In this document: one piece after another, positions 7,772 to 16,918 of the stretch | How the letters are laid out: each line of letters begins with the position of its first letter | Position numbering within the stretch: the stretch's first letter is position 1 | IMG/VR virus record: IMGVR_UViG_3300011008_000025 | Coordinates: 31,036-95,035 of that record | Direction: 5' to 3' (one strand) | DNA from: a virus | Taxonomy: Duplodnaviria; Caudoviricetes | DNA length: 64,000 nucleotides | The notes under the pieces: generated by a model | Databases searched by the model: none | The model's input: the letters and a program-made list of their open reading frames with translations, nothing else | Told to the model about the DNA's origin: nothing | Translations under genes and position numbers: made by a program

Positions 7772-8005
7772 TCACTGATCCCTCCCGAATTTTTTGAGCA
7801 GCGCGTTTTCGATCCAGCTGTACCATGTGGTTCCATTGGAATTCTCCATGGTAACTCCGCAGCTTTCACGCCATTTGGCATATTCCTTTTCGATCACGCC
7901 GAGCAAGGTTTCGTCATCAAAAATGTTGATTCGCTCTGCGTGTTCCATGCAGCCTGAGATGTTGGCTGCGCTTACGATATCTACAAGTTCATCGTGTGTG
8001 TACAT
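7772..8005 (-). CDS. hypothetical protein
   Basis: AAAGGAGG RBS. Confidence 0.7.
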   Translation of the reverse strand: MYTHDELVDIVSAANISGCMEHAERINIFDDETLLGVIEKEYAKWRESCGVTMENSNGTTWYSWIENALLKKFGRDQ

Positions 8006-8017
8006 GTCCGTCCTCCT

Positions 8018-8428
8018 TTAATCGTACCAGCAATAGGCTCCGCAATCGCCGGCGTCGCACTCGTCTGCCCAGCGGAACATACGGTAGAAATCGGCTACTT
8101 CCTTATCGGTCAGCGGTGCGTCGGAACCGACGCCCTCAAAGCTGACGCGGGTATCGAGCCTGGTCGGACTGACCACATAGCCGTGCAGATACCATTTCCC
8201 TGTTTCGTCATCACAGAAATCGATCATAGACTGGTTCGTCGGCGAAAGATTCTGCGTGTCGTCCGGATCGATATATCCGCGCTCCAGAAGTTCTTTTGCT
8301 TTTTCTACCGGCATATGCTCGAAATACCGAATTCCTCCCATACCGTAAAACTCCGGCCTGTAGTCGTAGCCAAAAATGATCCGCTCTCGCTCATTGGCCT
8401 GTGCAAGATCTAATTTCGTTATAAACAT
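8018..8428 (-). CDS. hypothetical protein
   Basis: AAAGGAGG RBS. Confidence 0.75.
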   Translation of the reverse strand: MFITKLDLAQANERERIIFGYDYRPEFYGMGGIRYFEHMPVEKAKELLERGYIDPDDTQNLSPTNQSMIDFCDDETGKWYLHGYVVSPTRLDTRVSFEGVGSDAPLTDKEVADFYRMFRWADECDAGDCGAYCWYD

Positions 8429-8467
8429 TTTGATTCCTCCTTTTACTCTGCTACTTTCTTCGTTTTA

Positions 8468-8917
8468 TCAAACAAGGTCAACATACTTCAGTTCCTCTGG
8501 AGAGATATCTGCACCAAGAGATTCAAGGCGGTCGTACAGAACGGACCGGTCGGTACAGTAATCCTCCTCCAACACACGGGCCAGACGGTAGGCCAGCGTG
8601 TCGGCCGTGATGAAGTCGCCCACATCGAAACTGAATTCCCTCTGGATGTAGACCAGAAGCTGCGTGATATCAATGCCAGATTTAGCGATTTCGGCCGCCC
8701 GGCGGACAATTCGTTTCTGGTAATCGTTTGTCATCACTGCATTGGAATCGTCCTGCTGATCGATTTTCTTGCAGGTGGACTCAACGATTTCCGGCGTAAA
8801 GTTTCGCATGCCGGTATCGATCAGGTGGTAAACCGCCATACGGAACTGAACTTCGCCGCCATACTTATGGCTGTTTCGTATGGAGTCCAGAATCTTTTTC
8901 GCTTCGCTATACTTCAT
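8468..8917 (-). CDS. hypothetical protein
   Basis: GGAGGAGG RBS. Confidence 0.7.
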   Translation of the reverse strand: MKYSEAKKILDSIRNSHKYGGEVQFRMAVYHLIDTGMRNFTPEIVESTCKKIDQQDDSNAVMTNDYQKRIVRRAAEIAKSGIDITQLLVYIQREFSFDVGDFITADTLAYRLARVLEEDYCTDRSVLYDRLESLGADISPEELKYVDLV

Positions 8918-9114
8918 GAGTGTTTTACCTCCTCCAACCAATTCACGGTCTCTTCATCTAAAATTTCTGTTACATCGATTTCGTTCTGACTCAGGCACAT
9001 ACCGACAGCTTCTTGCCCGGCGTCACTCCAGAAGTATTCCAGAGCCGCATCTTCCGATTCCGCTTCAACGGAAATTCCTCCTGTCACCTGAAAACAAATC
9101 GTATATGTCTGCAT
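8914..9114 (-). CDS. small acidic phage protein
   Basis: ISVEAESEDAALE segment; AAGGAGG RBS. Confidence 0.7.
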   Translation of the reverse strand: MQTYTICFQVTGGISVEAESEDAALEYFWSDAGQEAVGMCLSQNEIDVTEILDEETVNWLEEVKHS

Positions 9115-9124
9115 CGCTTCCTCC

Positions 9125-9397
9125 TTACTGAACGTCCATTTCGAGGACTTCCCAACAATAAATGGTTGCTCCATACGGGTCCATGATTCCGGCAGCGAGA
9201 TAGACGTAGTCGTCCGTCTCTTCGCTGTACTCTTCATCCCATTTCCAATCCATACCGGCGTAGAGTTTTTTGATCGGATTCACGTCCGCCTTCATGGCGG
9301 CGCGGGCGGAGTCTCTGTCCGCCCACGCTCCAAGAACCTCGCGGCCGTCGTCCTGATCGGTGTCCCACCAAGTCAGCACAACGTACACTTTCATCAT
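9125..9397 (-). CDS. hypothetical protein
   Basis: MMKVYVV start after GGAGG. Confidence 0.7.
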   Translation of the reverse strand: MMKVYVVLTWWDTDQDDGREVLGAWADRDSARAAMKADVNPIKKLYAGMDWKWDEEYSEETDDYVYLAAGIMDPYGATIYCWEVLEMDVQ

Positions 9398-10350
9398 TAA
9401 TCCTCCACAAATTTTCCGACTTTGGCCACCAGCTGATCCAGAAGCGCATGGCCATCCATGATTCGTCCCCAGTTGTTTTCGGCATAGGTGCCGGTGTTGC
9501 GGGCCGGAGCTGCGTGAGAGACCATATCGCTCATGGCGTTGACTGCACCCCATGCCGTACCACGGAACTTGGCAATGTCGGGCGCAAAGTAGCACACCAT
9601 GAAACTGTCCTTGGCTGCCTGTGCGTTTGCCTTCTTGCGATCGGTTTCATCCTCGGGGACGGCAAACATTTCGTCAATGATCTCCCGCAGCTTCGTCTCT
9701 TCCAGTTTCGTATTAGCGAGCTTGTCGGCGTACTCGGCCAGAGAATCCATATAATCCTCCGCCAGTTCGAGGCACTGCCGCGCCTCGCGGATCTTGCCCT
9801 GAACGTCGCCCACATGCGGCGTACTCCACGCACGCTTAGCCGAGTTCAGAGCCAGGTTCAGCGTGTTGTTGCACACCACGCGGATCGGTGTCATACAGAC
9901 GCGGACGCTGCCGCTGCCGTCATGCGTATTCGAGAAGCAAACGTAGGATTCCACGTCGTCTCCGACCAGTTTCGTATCCGGAAGCCGGGCCAGCAGCCAG
10001 ACTTTCTTGCCGTTCTGGAGGCTGCCGGCGGTTTCGTATCGGACATCGCCGCCGATCAGCTCGTCAGTGAACGCAAACGCCTCGGTGTTCTGAACGATGC
10101 GGTAGCGGTCGGATACCACGCCGAGCACACGGTTGTCCGAAGAGCGAACGTTGGCCTTATAGCCTGGAATCCGATCGCCATTTTCGTCCTTGAGCTGGAT
10201 GTCTTTCTGGATCACGTTCCAATCCAGGCCGGCCAGACGCAGAGCCTCGGCGCTGTTCGGCGCGTCCTGCAGGATCTTTGTCACATCTTTCGTCATGGAA
10301 TAGTGCCAGGGTTTCTCGCGGACACTGAACATACTTTCAACATAATGCAT
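9397..10350 (-). CDS. DUF932/TIGR03299-like phage/plasmid protein
   Basis: REKPWH, AGLDWNV, YRIVQN.EAF.F, YETAGSL..GKKVW, NTHDGS, TPIRVVCNNTL. Confidence 0.88.
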   Translation of the reverse strand: MHYVESMFSVREKPWHYSMTKDVTKILQDAPNSAEALRLAGLDWNVIQKDIQLKDENGDRIPGYKANVRSSDNRVLGVVSDRYRIVQNTEAFAFTDELIGGDVRYETAGSLQNGKKVWLLARLPDTKLVGDDVESYVCFSNTHDGSGSVRVCMTPIRVVCNNTLNLALNSAKRAWSTPHVGDVQGKIREARQCLELAEDYMDSLAEYADKLANTKLEETKLREIIDEMFAVPEDETDRKKANAQAAKDSFMVCYFAPDIAKFRGTAWGAVNAMSDMVSHAAPARNTGTYAENNWGRIMDGHALLDQLVAKVGKFVED

Positions 10351-10353
10351 AAA

Positions 10354-10683
10354 TCAAATTCCTCCTTGCCCAAAATTGACTTCCCAAACCTCTTCTACCG
10401 TAAATGACCATCCGTATTCATGGCCAGAATCGTAATCTGTGCCATGAAATGTGATCGGATACTCTAATTTGATTTTTCTTCCTGTTGCCGTGAGGACTTC
10501 AAGCCTGCACGTTCGTTCGATCGTATCGCGGCCGCACCAATTTGTGGCGCCCTCATAATAAAAATCCTTCTGATCGATTTCGCTGTTGTGTTCGATCAAC
10601 TGTTCAAACGGCGCAAGAGAAGACAGCATACAGCAATACTCTCCCGCTACGCCAAGATATGTGTAACGCCTCATTCTTCTCAC
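10354..10683 (-). CDS. hypothetical protein
   Basis: Packed ORF in the operon. Confidence 0.55.
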   Translation of the reverse strand: MRRMRRYTYLGVAGEYCCMLSSLAPFEQLIEHNSEIDQKDFYYEGATNWCGRDTIERTCRLEVLTATGRKIKLEYPITFHGTDYDSGHEYGWSFTVEEVWEVNFGQGGI

Positions 10684-10835
10684 CCGATCTGGTACATGAT
10701 CTGATGCAGATAATAAAAACTCTTGTCAACCGCCACGAGAACGCCATTATGTATCAGACGGTAAATGGCGTCTTTCCCTTTTCCAACCCGGTAAATGGCG
10801 GCATTCTTAAAACTGGCGACTTTCTTTTCAGGCAT
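10680..10835 (-). CDS. small hypothetical protein
   Basis: GGAGG RBS. Confidence 0.55.
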   Translation of the reverse strand: MPEKKVASFKNAAIYRVGKGKDAIYRLIHNGVLVAVDKSFYYLHQIMYQIG

Positions 10836-10846
10836 ATGCATTCCTC

Positions 10847-11038
10847 CTATCTCCACGGGATCGCGGCGTAACACTTATCGATGTTCGCAGCGGTCAAAAG
10901 TTTGTCGGCGCCATCGGCACCTAACTTCCAAAGGGTAAATTTGTCCTTGGCTATGTTGTACGTCACCTGGTAATTAGTGCCGCCCACGGTACGGCAGAGA
11001 ACACCAGGTGCGTTCAACTCCGATTGCGGGATCTTCAT
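10847..11038 (-). CDS. small hypothetical protein
   Basis: ATGA overlap with the upstream gene. Confidence 0.6.
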   Translation of the reverse strand: MKIPQSELNAPGVLCRTVGGTNYQVTYNIAKDKFTLWKLGADGADKLLTAANIDKCYAAIPWR

Positions 11039-11277
11039 GTCGGCAAATACATTGCACCGAGCTCGTTCGGATTGGGCGGCAGGACAAAAAATCTCAGGAA
11101 ATTGATGCCGCCCAACTTACGCGATTCGTTTGCGCCCATGGAACGGAGCTCGTCCAGATACGCGTTGACCGTTGCATGGTCCATTTCAACATCGCCAAAT
11201 GCAATGTCGAGCGCCAACCACTCGTCCATCGCCGGTATAAAACCCTCCTTGGTCATAACAACGTACTGCAGATCCAT
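11035..11277 (-). CDS. hypothetical protein
   Basis: AAGGAGGAG RBS. Confidence 0.65.
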   Translation of the reverse strand: MDLQYVVMTKEGFIPAMDEWLALDIAFGDVEMDHATVNAYLDELRSMGANESRKLGGINFLRFFVLPPNPNELGAMYLPT

Positions 11278-11279
11278 TT

Positions 11280-11702
11280 TTACTCCTCCTTTTCCTTGTC
11301 GAAATCGAACAGTTTACTGACCACGTCTGCAAATTTCTTTTCCAATTCCTCGCGGGTGTAAATACCATAAATGTCGCAGTCTTCATATCCGGTGACTACT
11401 GCCACGCGTTTTCCGATCATGTCGGAGCTAAGCACGGATTCCCAACCGCAGCACTCCTTGCCGTACATATTGGCGGCCACGACCGTATTCATGTCCTTCA
11501 CATCGATTACGCGGACACAATCTTCAAACGAGAACGGAATATTGTGCTCGTTAAAAACCGTACTGAGCTTCTGCCACTGGGTTTTGATCACACTTCTGGC
11601 CGTCTGTTCATACGCCTTGCACTGCTCTTCGCTGTTGAACCAAGTTCCGTCGTCGGCTTCGTATCCAACTACAACTTCCTGCGTCTTCGTAATTGCTTTC
11701 AT
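11280..11702 (-). CDS. hypothetical phage protein
   Basis: YEADDGTWFNSEEQCKAYE N-terminal motif; GGAGG RBS. Confidence 0.75.
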   Translation of the reverse strand: MKAITKTQEVVVGYEADDGTWFNSEEQCKAYEQTARSVIKTQWQKLSTVFNEHNIPFSFEDCVRVIDVKDMNTVVAANMYGKECCGWESVLSSDMIGKRVAVVTGYEDCDIYGIYTREELEKKFADVVSKLFDFDKEKEE

Positions 11703-11717
11703 AATTCAAATTCCTCC

Positions 11718-11933
11718 TTAGTTCATCCAGTATTTCATAAACTCATCGTGGGTATAGTACAGATCCGGATCGCTGACGTCGAGGAACGGGCGAAAGATGA
11801 TTTCGATATAATCCTCAACAAAATCTGCTTCCTTGCTGCCGGTCGGATATTTCTGTTCGATTGCCGCTTTGACCTGCTCAGGATATTCGCACGGCACAAA
11901 CGTGTGATCAAAGAAATCCAAAACGTAAAACAT
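11718..11933 (-). CDS. hypothetical protein
   Basis: AAGGAGGGAG RBS before MFYVL. Confidence 0.6.
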   Translation of the reverse strand: MFYVLDFFDHTFVPCEYPEQVKAAIEQKYPTGSKEADFVEDYIEIIFRPFLDVSDPDLYYTHDEFMKYWMN

Positions 11934-11950
11934 GACTCCCTCCTTCATGT

Positions 11951-12310
11951 TTATACTCTCAGCTTCCTGCTCGGCGTTTTCGTCGTGCCATCCACATCGG
12001 ACACCCAACAGATCACGCCGCCACACATGTCGTCCGTCAGATGGAGCAGGCCACAGATCTGTTCCTCTCGCTGGTTGCCGGTGTAGATGATTTCATAGGC
12101 ATTGTTATTTACAATTCCATTTGCGTGTTCGTTTTTGCCGAATTTGATATTGGGAATTCGTGCTGCGATCGCGTCTCGCACCTTGCCGACATCGACGCGA
12201 TCCATACCCCAGGAGTATGCGCTGAGCGGCTTCGGGTCGAGCGACCAGATCAGTTTGTTGATCTGATCCGAAATAACGCCGTACATTCTGTCGTCTACAA
12301 CTCGTCTCAT
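11951..12310 (-). CDS. hypothetical protein
   Basis: GGAGG RBS. Confidence 0.65.
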   Translation of the reverse strand: MRRVVDDRMYGVISDQINKLIWSLDPKPLSAYSWGMDRVDVGKVRDAIAARIPNIKFGKNEHANGIVNNNAYEIIYTGNQREEQICGLLHLTDDMCGGVICWVSDVDGTTKTPSRKLRV

Positions 12311-12320
12311 AAAAATCCTC

Positions 12321-12656
12321 CTATTCAATTTCTGCGCGGGTTTCACAGAGCTTTTTCATGTCTTGAAGTCCACTGATAATCGAGTCTATCCAATAAGGCG
12401 AGAAACAGTGTGTAAACTGCCCGTATTGTCTCGGGAACTGGATCGTACCATCGTCTTCAAACCCAACCGCTACGAGTGGATGGTCGGCAGTTCCGATTTT
12501 CATGTATGCCCAGATGCCGCCGTTATAAATAACGTTATACTCGTTTCTGAGCTGTGCCCGCGTTTTGTAATCCCATGTTTGGTCGTAAGCCGAGAACATA
12601 ACAGGACCGTCCGAGTATTTTTCTTCTGGATCAAGGCCGTCAATATAGTCCAACAT
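12321..12656 (-). CDS. hypothetical protein
   Basis: GGAGG RBS. Confidence 0.65.
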   Translation of the reverse strand: MLDYIDGLDPEEKYSDGPVMFSAYDQTWDYKTRAQLRNEYNVIYNGGIWAYMKIGTADHPLVAVGFEDDGTIQFPRQYGQFTHCFSPYWIDSIISGLQDMKKLCETRAEIE

Positions 12657-12676
12657 ACGCATTCCTCCTATCAAAT

Positions 12677-13147
12677 CTAAATTTCTTCTTTGATTTTGCC
12701 TTTATAATTCGCTTTACGCCATTCGTATAGGCGTTGCAATTCATCGAGCGGCAGGTCACAGATGAGTGGCCTTGTATTTGAGCCAACCAAACGATATTTG
12801 ACATCTTCACGCAGAGGGAAACGCTTCGGGACTTGCTCATAAAAATGATTACCGTATTGATTTGCAAGAACATATTGGAGTTCAAAATACCAATGCGGAT
12901 CACCGTCATACTCGATGATGGATGCTTTCCACCCATACCATCTGTGAAATTTTTGATCATTGTTTATCATTTTGATTGCTCGTTTCTTGCGGTTTTTACC
13001 GTAGAATTCCGCAGCGTCATTGTGATCGCGAGGAATGACTGATATACGCGGCCGAAGGCAATACGAACAGCCGTGTTCATCATAACTGCAAGCCCATCGT
13101 TCCTCCCCTGTAAGCGTATTGGTATATAACACTGCGCATTTTTTCAT
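12677..13147 (-). CDS. hypothetical protein
   Basis: GGAGG RBS; AT-richer than the flanks. Confidence 0.65.
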   Translation of the reverse strand: MKKCAVLYTNTLTGEERWACSYDEHGCSYCLRPRISVIPRDHNDAAEFYGKNRKKRAIKMINNDQKFHRWYGWKASIIEYDGDPHWYFELQYVLANQYGNHFYEQVPKRFPLREDVKYRLVGSNTRPLICDLPLDELQRLYEWRKANYKGKIKEEI

Positions 13148-13174
13148 TGTGTCCTCCAATCAAACTAAATTTCG

Positions 13175-13399
13175 TTACAGGCCGCGCACTTCAAATGCCA
13201 TTCCTTGGTATTCATAGAAGGCAAAGTATGGACGAATGTGGACGACCTGAATCTTTTTCATATCCATACGCTTCCGGATTTCTGCTCCGGTATAGAAGGA
13301 TGGCGCGTACCACGGGTAGGAATCTCCTTCCTTCACCATTCTTACCACCTCATCGTCACGGATCTGACAGAGCTTAAAGGCTTCACTCAACGTGATCAA
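13175..13399 (-). CDS. hypothetical protein
   Basis: TTG start after GAGGGG. Confidence 0.6.
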   Translation of the reverse strand: MITLSEAFKLCQIRDDEVVRMVKEGDSYPWYAPSFYTGAEIRKRMDMKKIQVVHIRPYFAFYEYQGMAFEVRGL

Positions 13400-13411
13400 G
13401 TCGATTCCCCC

Positions 13412-14419
13412 TCACTTTTTCTTTTTCTTTTTTGGTTTCTCGTCCACCACAACCAGCGCCTCATTGCGCTTCTTGTCCGCCTCCTCATAGGCAGCGGCGA
13501 TAGCGTCCCAATCCACGACCGCTTCATATGCAGCGAGTTCGGGATCGAACTTCGGTGTGTTGCCGTCCGGCAGGTAAATTCCGATTTCCTCGATCTGCTC
13601 GCAGGCATCCATGTCCGGGTCGTACCAGTAGACATTGCCGCAGGAATCCATACGAAACTCTGTCAGATCGTCGCACATTTCACCGGAACTGAAATCGAAA
13701 GCGTAGGAGCCGTCCGGCAGAAGATCGCACCACATGAGCAGCTTTTCATCCCGGCAGATCCCCTCGTCCTTGTCATAACCGTATCCCCAGCCGCCATCCA
13801 TTTCATCCCAATAGGAATAGGACGGATAGTACATCCGCATTTTGTAAGTCGAATTCGAGTACATGATGCCCTTGTCTTCGATGAAATCGCCAATGGTGTA
13901 GATCTCGCCCTTGCTGTTCAGAAAAGTCATTTTGCTCTTGATGGCATTGGAGATCATCTCGACCAGATTCGGATCGCGATAGAAGCTCGGCATGGATGCA
14001 TAAAGCGGAGCAAGTTGCGTGGCAATATACTCCATCGTGTCGCTGATTCCTTTGCGCGGGGTCACGGATGAAATGATTCCGTTGTGAGCCACGCCCAGCG
14101 CGGTTGCACACGTTTTCCTTTTGAGCATTTCAATGCTCCGCGTCACAGGAAACGGATGACAATTTTCCTCGCTGGTTCCGCCGTGGGTCGTAATGCGGAA
14201 GTGGAATACCATCGGCGTGTTCTTCAGATTCATTTTCCGTTTCAGAGAAGACAGCGCGGACGTGAAGTCGGTGTATTTCATGAACCCCTTTTCGATACGC
14301 ACCTTGCCGTCTTTCACATACATGATGCCGGCACCATCCGAATTGTTTGTCCACATGTTGTAGAAGATATTCTCGTCTGGGAGTTCAACCCCTGCAGGTT
14401 TCGCCGCAATAATGCACAT
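13412..14419 (-). CDS. class II (Ntn) glutamine amidotransferase
   Basis: Met-Cys N-terminus, NSDGAG, HFRITTHG, NCHPF, AHNG, SDT. Confidence 0.9.
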   Translation of the reverse strand: MCIIAAKPAGVELPDENIFYNMWTNNSDGAGIMYVKDGKVRIEKGFMKYTDFTSALSSLKRKMNLKNTPMVFHFRITTHGGTSEENCHPFPVTRSIEMLKRKTCATALGVAHNGIISSVTPRKGISDTMEYIATQLAPLYASMPSFYRDPNLVEMISNAIKSKMTFLNSKGEIYTIGDFIEDKGIMYSNSTYKMRMYYPSYSYWDEMDGGWGYGYDKDEGICRDEKLLMWCDLLPDGSYAFDFSSGEMCDDLTEFRMDSCGNVYWYDPDMDACEQIEEIGIYLPDGNTPKFDPELAAYEAVVDWDAIAAAYEEADKKRNEALVVVDEKPKKKKKK

Positions 14420-14449
14420 AGGCACATTCCTCCTTTATTTGTTATGTAA

Positions 14450-16219
14450 TCAGGACAGCGAAGGTGTGATCGCCGCCACCGGGTCCGGGATAGAAACCGT
14501 GTGCTGGCGCAAAGCCACACGAGGCGTGACATCGTCTTCGACCTCGGGCATATCCTCCGGCGGCAGCTCGTCCGGAATCAGCTTCCGGACCACCATGTAA
14601 GCGTGGAGCTCATCGAATTCCTCGTAGAGCGCCACCTCTTTCCACTTAGACGTGCAGACTTCCTCCCAACTATGCTCCATGGCATAGCGGCAGATGTTGC
14701 TGACAAGCTGAATCGAGGAAATCACGGTGTCGCGCACCAGACTTCCACGGAAGATACGGAATTCGATCGTAGAACGATTTGTCAGATTGACCGCCTGATA
14801 CCGATTACCGAAATTGATCACGTCGCTGGCTCTTACGTCGTTGTAAATCTTGTCGGGATCATACTCGGTCAACATGCGTCCGAAGCTTGCCCACTGGGAA
14901 AGGTTTTCGGATCTGCGGCGGCTGAACTTGGTCAATTCCTTTTCAAACCGCTTGGCCAGCATAACGATTTTGTATGTATCGCTGTTGGTTAGGCAGCTAC
15001 GTCCGACATGGATATGCAGGCCGCAGGTGTCGGTGTCGTGAGACTTGTAATCATAGTCGCTTGCCTTTCTGAATAGATCCGCATAAGGCATTTTCTCCAT
15101 GTGATAGCGGAGAGATCCCGGATACGAAATCATTTCAAACCCGTCATCGCTCAGACTGCCATCATGCTCGAACACGACGCGATCGGTAATGGCGGACATG
15201 GCATCCACGCACTCACACGGATCGTCGCCGTCATCCATTTCGTCCTCGATGCCGAAGGTCAAAGTGTTGTAGTAATCCTCGCCGGGCATATATCCGATGT
15301 TGTATTCGTATTCGCCCTTATGAGCGTGATACGACCCGATTCCTCCTTCGTGATCGCCGATGCAGTTGTCGCAGTAGCAGTTGTCGTCGTATTCGGAGTA
15401 ATACTCATTCCCCTCGGCGATAAAACAGCCGCAATCATCACAGGTATGCCAGTAATGATCGTCATAGCAGTTGTCGCAGAGGAAATCGTCGTTGGAATCA
15501 ACGTATCCGGCGCGACGGATGAAGTGTTCGCCGCAGTCGATGCACTGGTAATAGTTGCGATCGGCGCAGTAGGAGCAAACGTATTTTTCACCGCCGCGAT
15601 ATGTATACACGGTCACCATATCGTCCGCATGTTCAACTTCGCCGCAGTCTTCGCAGACAAAATAGTTGTCCTCGAAGCAGCTGTTGCACAGCGGGTCGCC
15701 GTGATATTCGTATTCAAATTCGTCTGCGGGCAGCCACTCACCGCAATCGCAGCAGCGCTTATAACCCATTTCCTCCAGTTCCTCGGCGGTGTACATTTCG
15801 CCGTTGACTTCGTATTTCATGTCGCTTTTCTCCTTATTTTCAATTTCGTTTTCTGCAGTGATATTTCCACGCCGCACCCACTCAATGTCCGCGGGCAGCA
15901 CAGCCTGACGCAGATTATCAGGTTTGCGCACAAGATGCAGCGAATGGTTATAGACGATTTCGACCTCACACAAATCGCCAACCATGTAGTTGTGGCCGAA
16001 TTCGTTAGCGCTCGGCACGACACGGACAAGGTCGCCCACCTCCCAAACCGGGCCGCACTCCTTGTCTGTGAAGTACGGCGCGACCCGAACGCCCTTGGCC
16101 TTATAGTTGACATCATGCACTTCAACTTCGTACACGCCTCCGATCGTCAAGCTGTGGCCAAACAGCCGCCGCAGGATGCGCACCTTATCGCCGGTATGGA
16201 ATCTTAATTCGGTGCTCAT
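14450..16219 (-). CDS. amidoligase (COOH-NH2 ligase, Amidoligase_2-like) with tandem CxxC Zn fingers
   Basis: FGIEDE, EHDGSL..GFEMIS, TCGLHIHV, RYQAVN, TIEFRIFRG; eight CxxC pairs upstream of the ligase domain. Confidence 0.88.
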   Translation of the reverse strand: MSTELRFHTGDKVRILRRLFGHSLTIGGVYEVEVHDVNYKAKGVRVAPYFTDKECGPVWEVGDLVRVVPSANEFGHNYMVGDLCEVEIVYNHSLHLVRKPDNLRQAVLPADIEWVRRGNITAENEIENKEKSDMKYEVNGEMYTAEELEEMGYKRCCDCGEWLPADEFEYEYHGDPLCNSCFEDNYFVCEDCGEVEHADDMVTVYTYRGGEKYVCSYCADRNYYQCIDCGEHFIRRAGYVDSNDDFLCDNCYDDHYWHTCDDCGCFIAEGNEYYSEYDDNCYCDNCIGDHEGGIGSYHAHKGEYEYNIGYMPGEDYYNTLTFGIEDEMDDGDDPCECVDAMSAITDRVVFEHDGSLSDDGFEMISYPGSLRYHMEKMPYADLFRKASDYDYKSHDTDTCGLHIHVGRSCLTNSDTYKIVMLAKRFEKELTKFSRRRSENLSQWASFGRMLTEYDPDKIYNDVRASDVINFGNRYQAVNLTNRSTIEFRIFRGSLVRDTVISSIQLVSNICRYAMEHSWEEVCTSKWKEVALYEEFDELHAYMVVRKLIPDELPPEDMPEVEDDVTPRVALRQHTVSIPDPVAAITPSLS

Positions 16220-16255
16220 AATTCTTTCCTCCTATAAGCAAATTTTATTTTGATT

Positions 16256-16492
16256 TCACTTTCTCTTTTTAACCTTCACTTTAAGTGTGAGCTTGCGGCC
16301 GCATTCCGGGCAGTATTTCGGATAATAGCGATCTGTTGTGTCATCGCCTACTCCCTCCAGAAACAGCCTGTTATTTGGCTCCACGCCGCGCACAATTGAC
16401 GTCCACGCACCATCTACAACAGTGGTCGTTCTTTGTTTATCCCGGCTATATCTACCGGATTCGTCATAGCGGAGATCGCAAAATTCGCACAT
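16256..16492 (-). CDS. Zn-ribbon phage protein
   Basis: MCEFC...YCPECGRKL. Confidence 0.75.
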   Translation of the reverse strand: MCEFCDLRYDESGRYSRDKQRTTTVVDGAWTSIVRGVEPNNRLFLEGVGDDTTDRYYPKYCPECGRKLTLKVKVKKRK

Positions 16493-16529
16493 AAATCCAT
16501 TCCTCCTAAAATTGGTCTTTAATTCTGTT

Positions 16530-16603
16530 TGGCAGGCCCGATTGGGGTTGAACCAATTCCAACAGAGTCAAAGTCTGTTGTGCTGCCGTTACACCACGGG
16601 CCT
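16530..16603 (-). tRNA. tRNA-Gln(UUG)
   Basis: Cloverleaf: AGGCCCG/CGGGCCT acceptor, ACAGA-CTTTGAC-TCTGT anticodon arm, G73, CCA. Confidence 0.9.
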
Positions 16604-16632
16604 ATGTTGGCGCTCCTTGCGGAGCGCCGATT

Positions 16633-16652
16633 TGTGATTACCCTATTTCTGA
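16633..16652 (-). promoter_or_regulatory. operator copy 5 (TCAGAAATAGGGTAATCACA, non-promoter variant)
   Basis: Motif match; followed by a GGCGCTCC/GGAGCGCC hairpin and tRNA-Gln. Confidence 0.75.
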
Positions 16653-16656
16653 TTAT

Positions 16657-16803
16657 TTAGGGGCAAAAATTTTTGTGGCTGACGAGTGCCGCCACACCCA
16701 GGACGCCCACAAAGACACACCCTGCGCCCTCTTCCGGGCACACGATCAGGCCCAGAATTGCGATTCCAATTAGAATCGCGCCGAATATACGCTGCGTTTT
16801 CAT
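16657..16803 (-). CDS. 48-aa two-helix membrane peptide
   Basis: GAAAGGA RBS; MKTQRIFGAILIGIAILGLIVCPEEGAGCVFVGVLGVAALVSHKNFCP; below the ORF-track cutoff. Confidence 0.75.
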   Translation of the reverse strand: MKTQRIFGAILIGIAILGLIVCPEEGAGCVFVGVLGVAALVSHKNFCP

Positions 16804-16873
16804 TTTTGATTTTCCTTTCCATCGCTCCCTCAGCCGAGGCTATTGCCAAGGCCCGGTTACGATTGTGATTCAT

Positions 16874-16916
16874 AGTATAGTCCGAAAATTCCATCTTGTC
16901 AATACCCTATTTCTGA
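16874..16916 (-). promoter_or_regulatory. sigmaA promoter fused to operator copy 6
   Basis: TCAGAAATAGGGTA-TTGACA-N17-TATACT. Confidence 0.85.
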
Positions 16917-16918
16917 TT

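Noticed and set aside
16815-16865. Twister ribozyme in the leader of the 48-aa peptide
   Set aside because: Has AUCG-UAA...GAGGG...CGAU but lacks the pseudoknot-forming loop.
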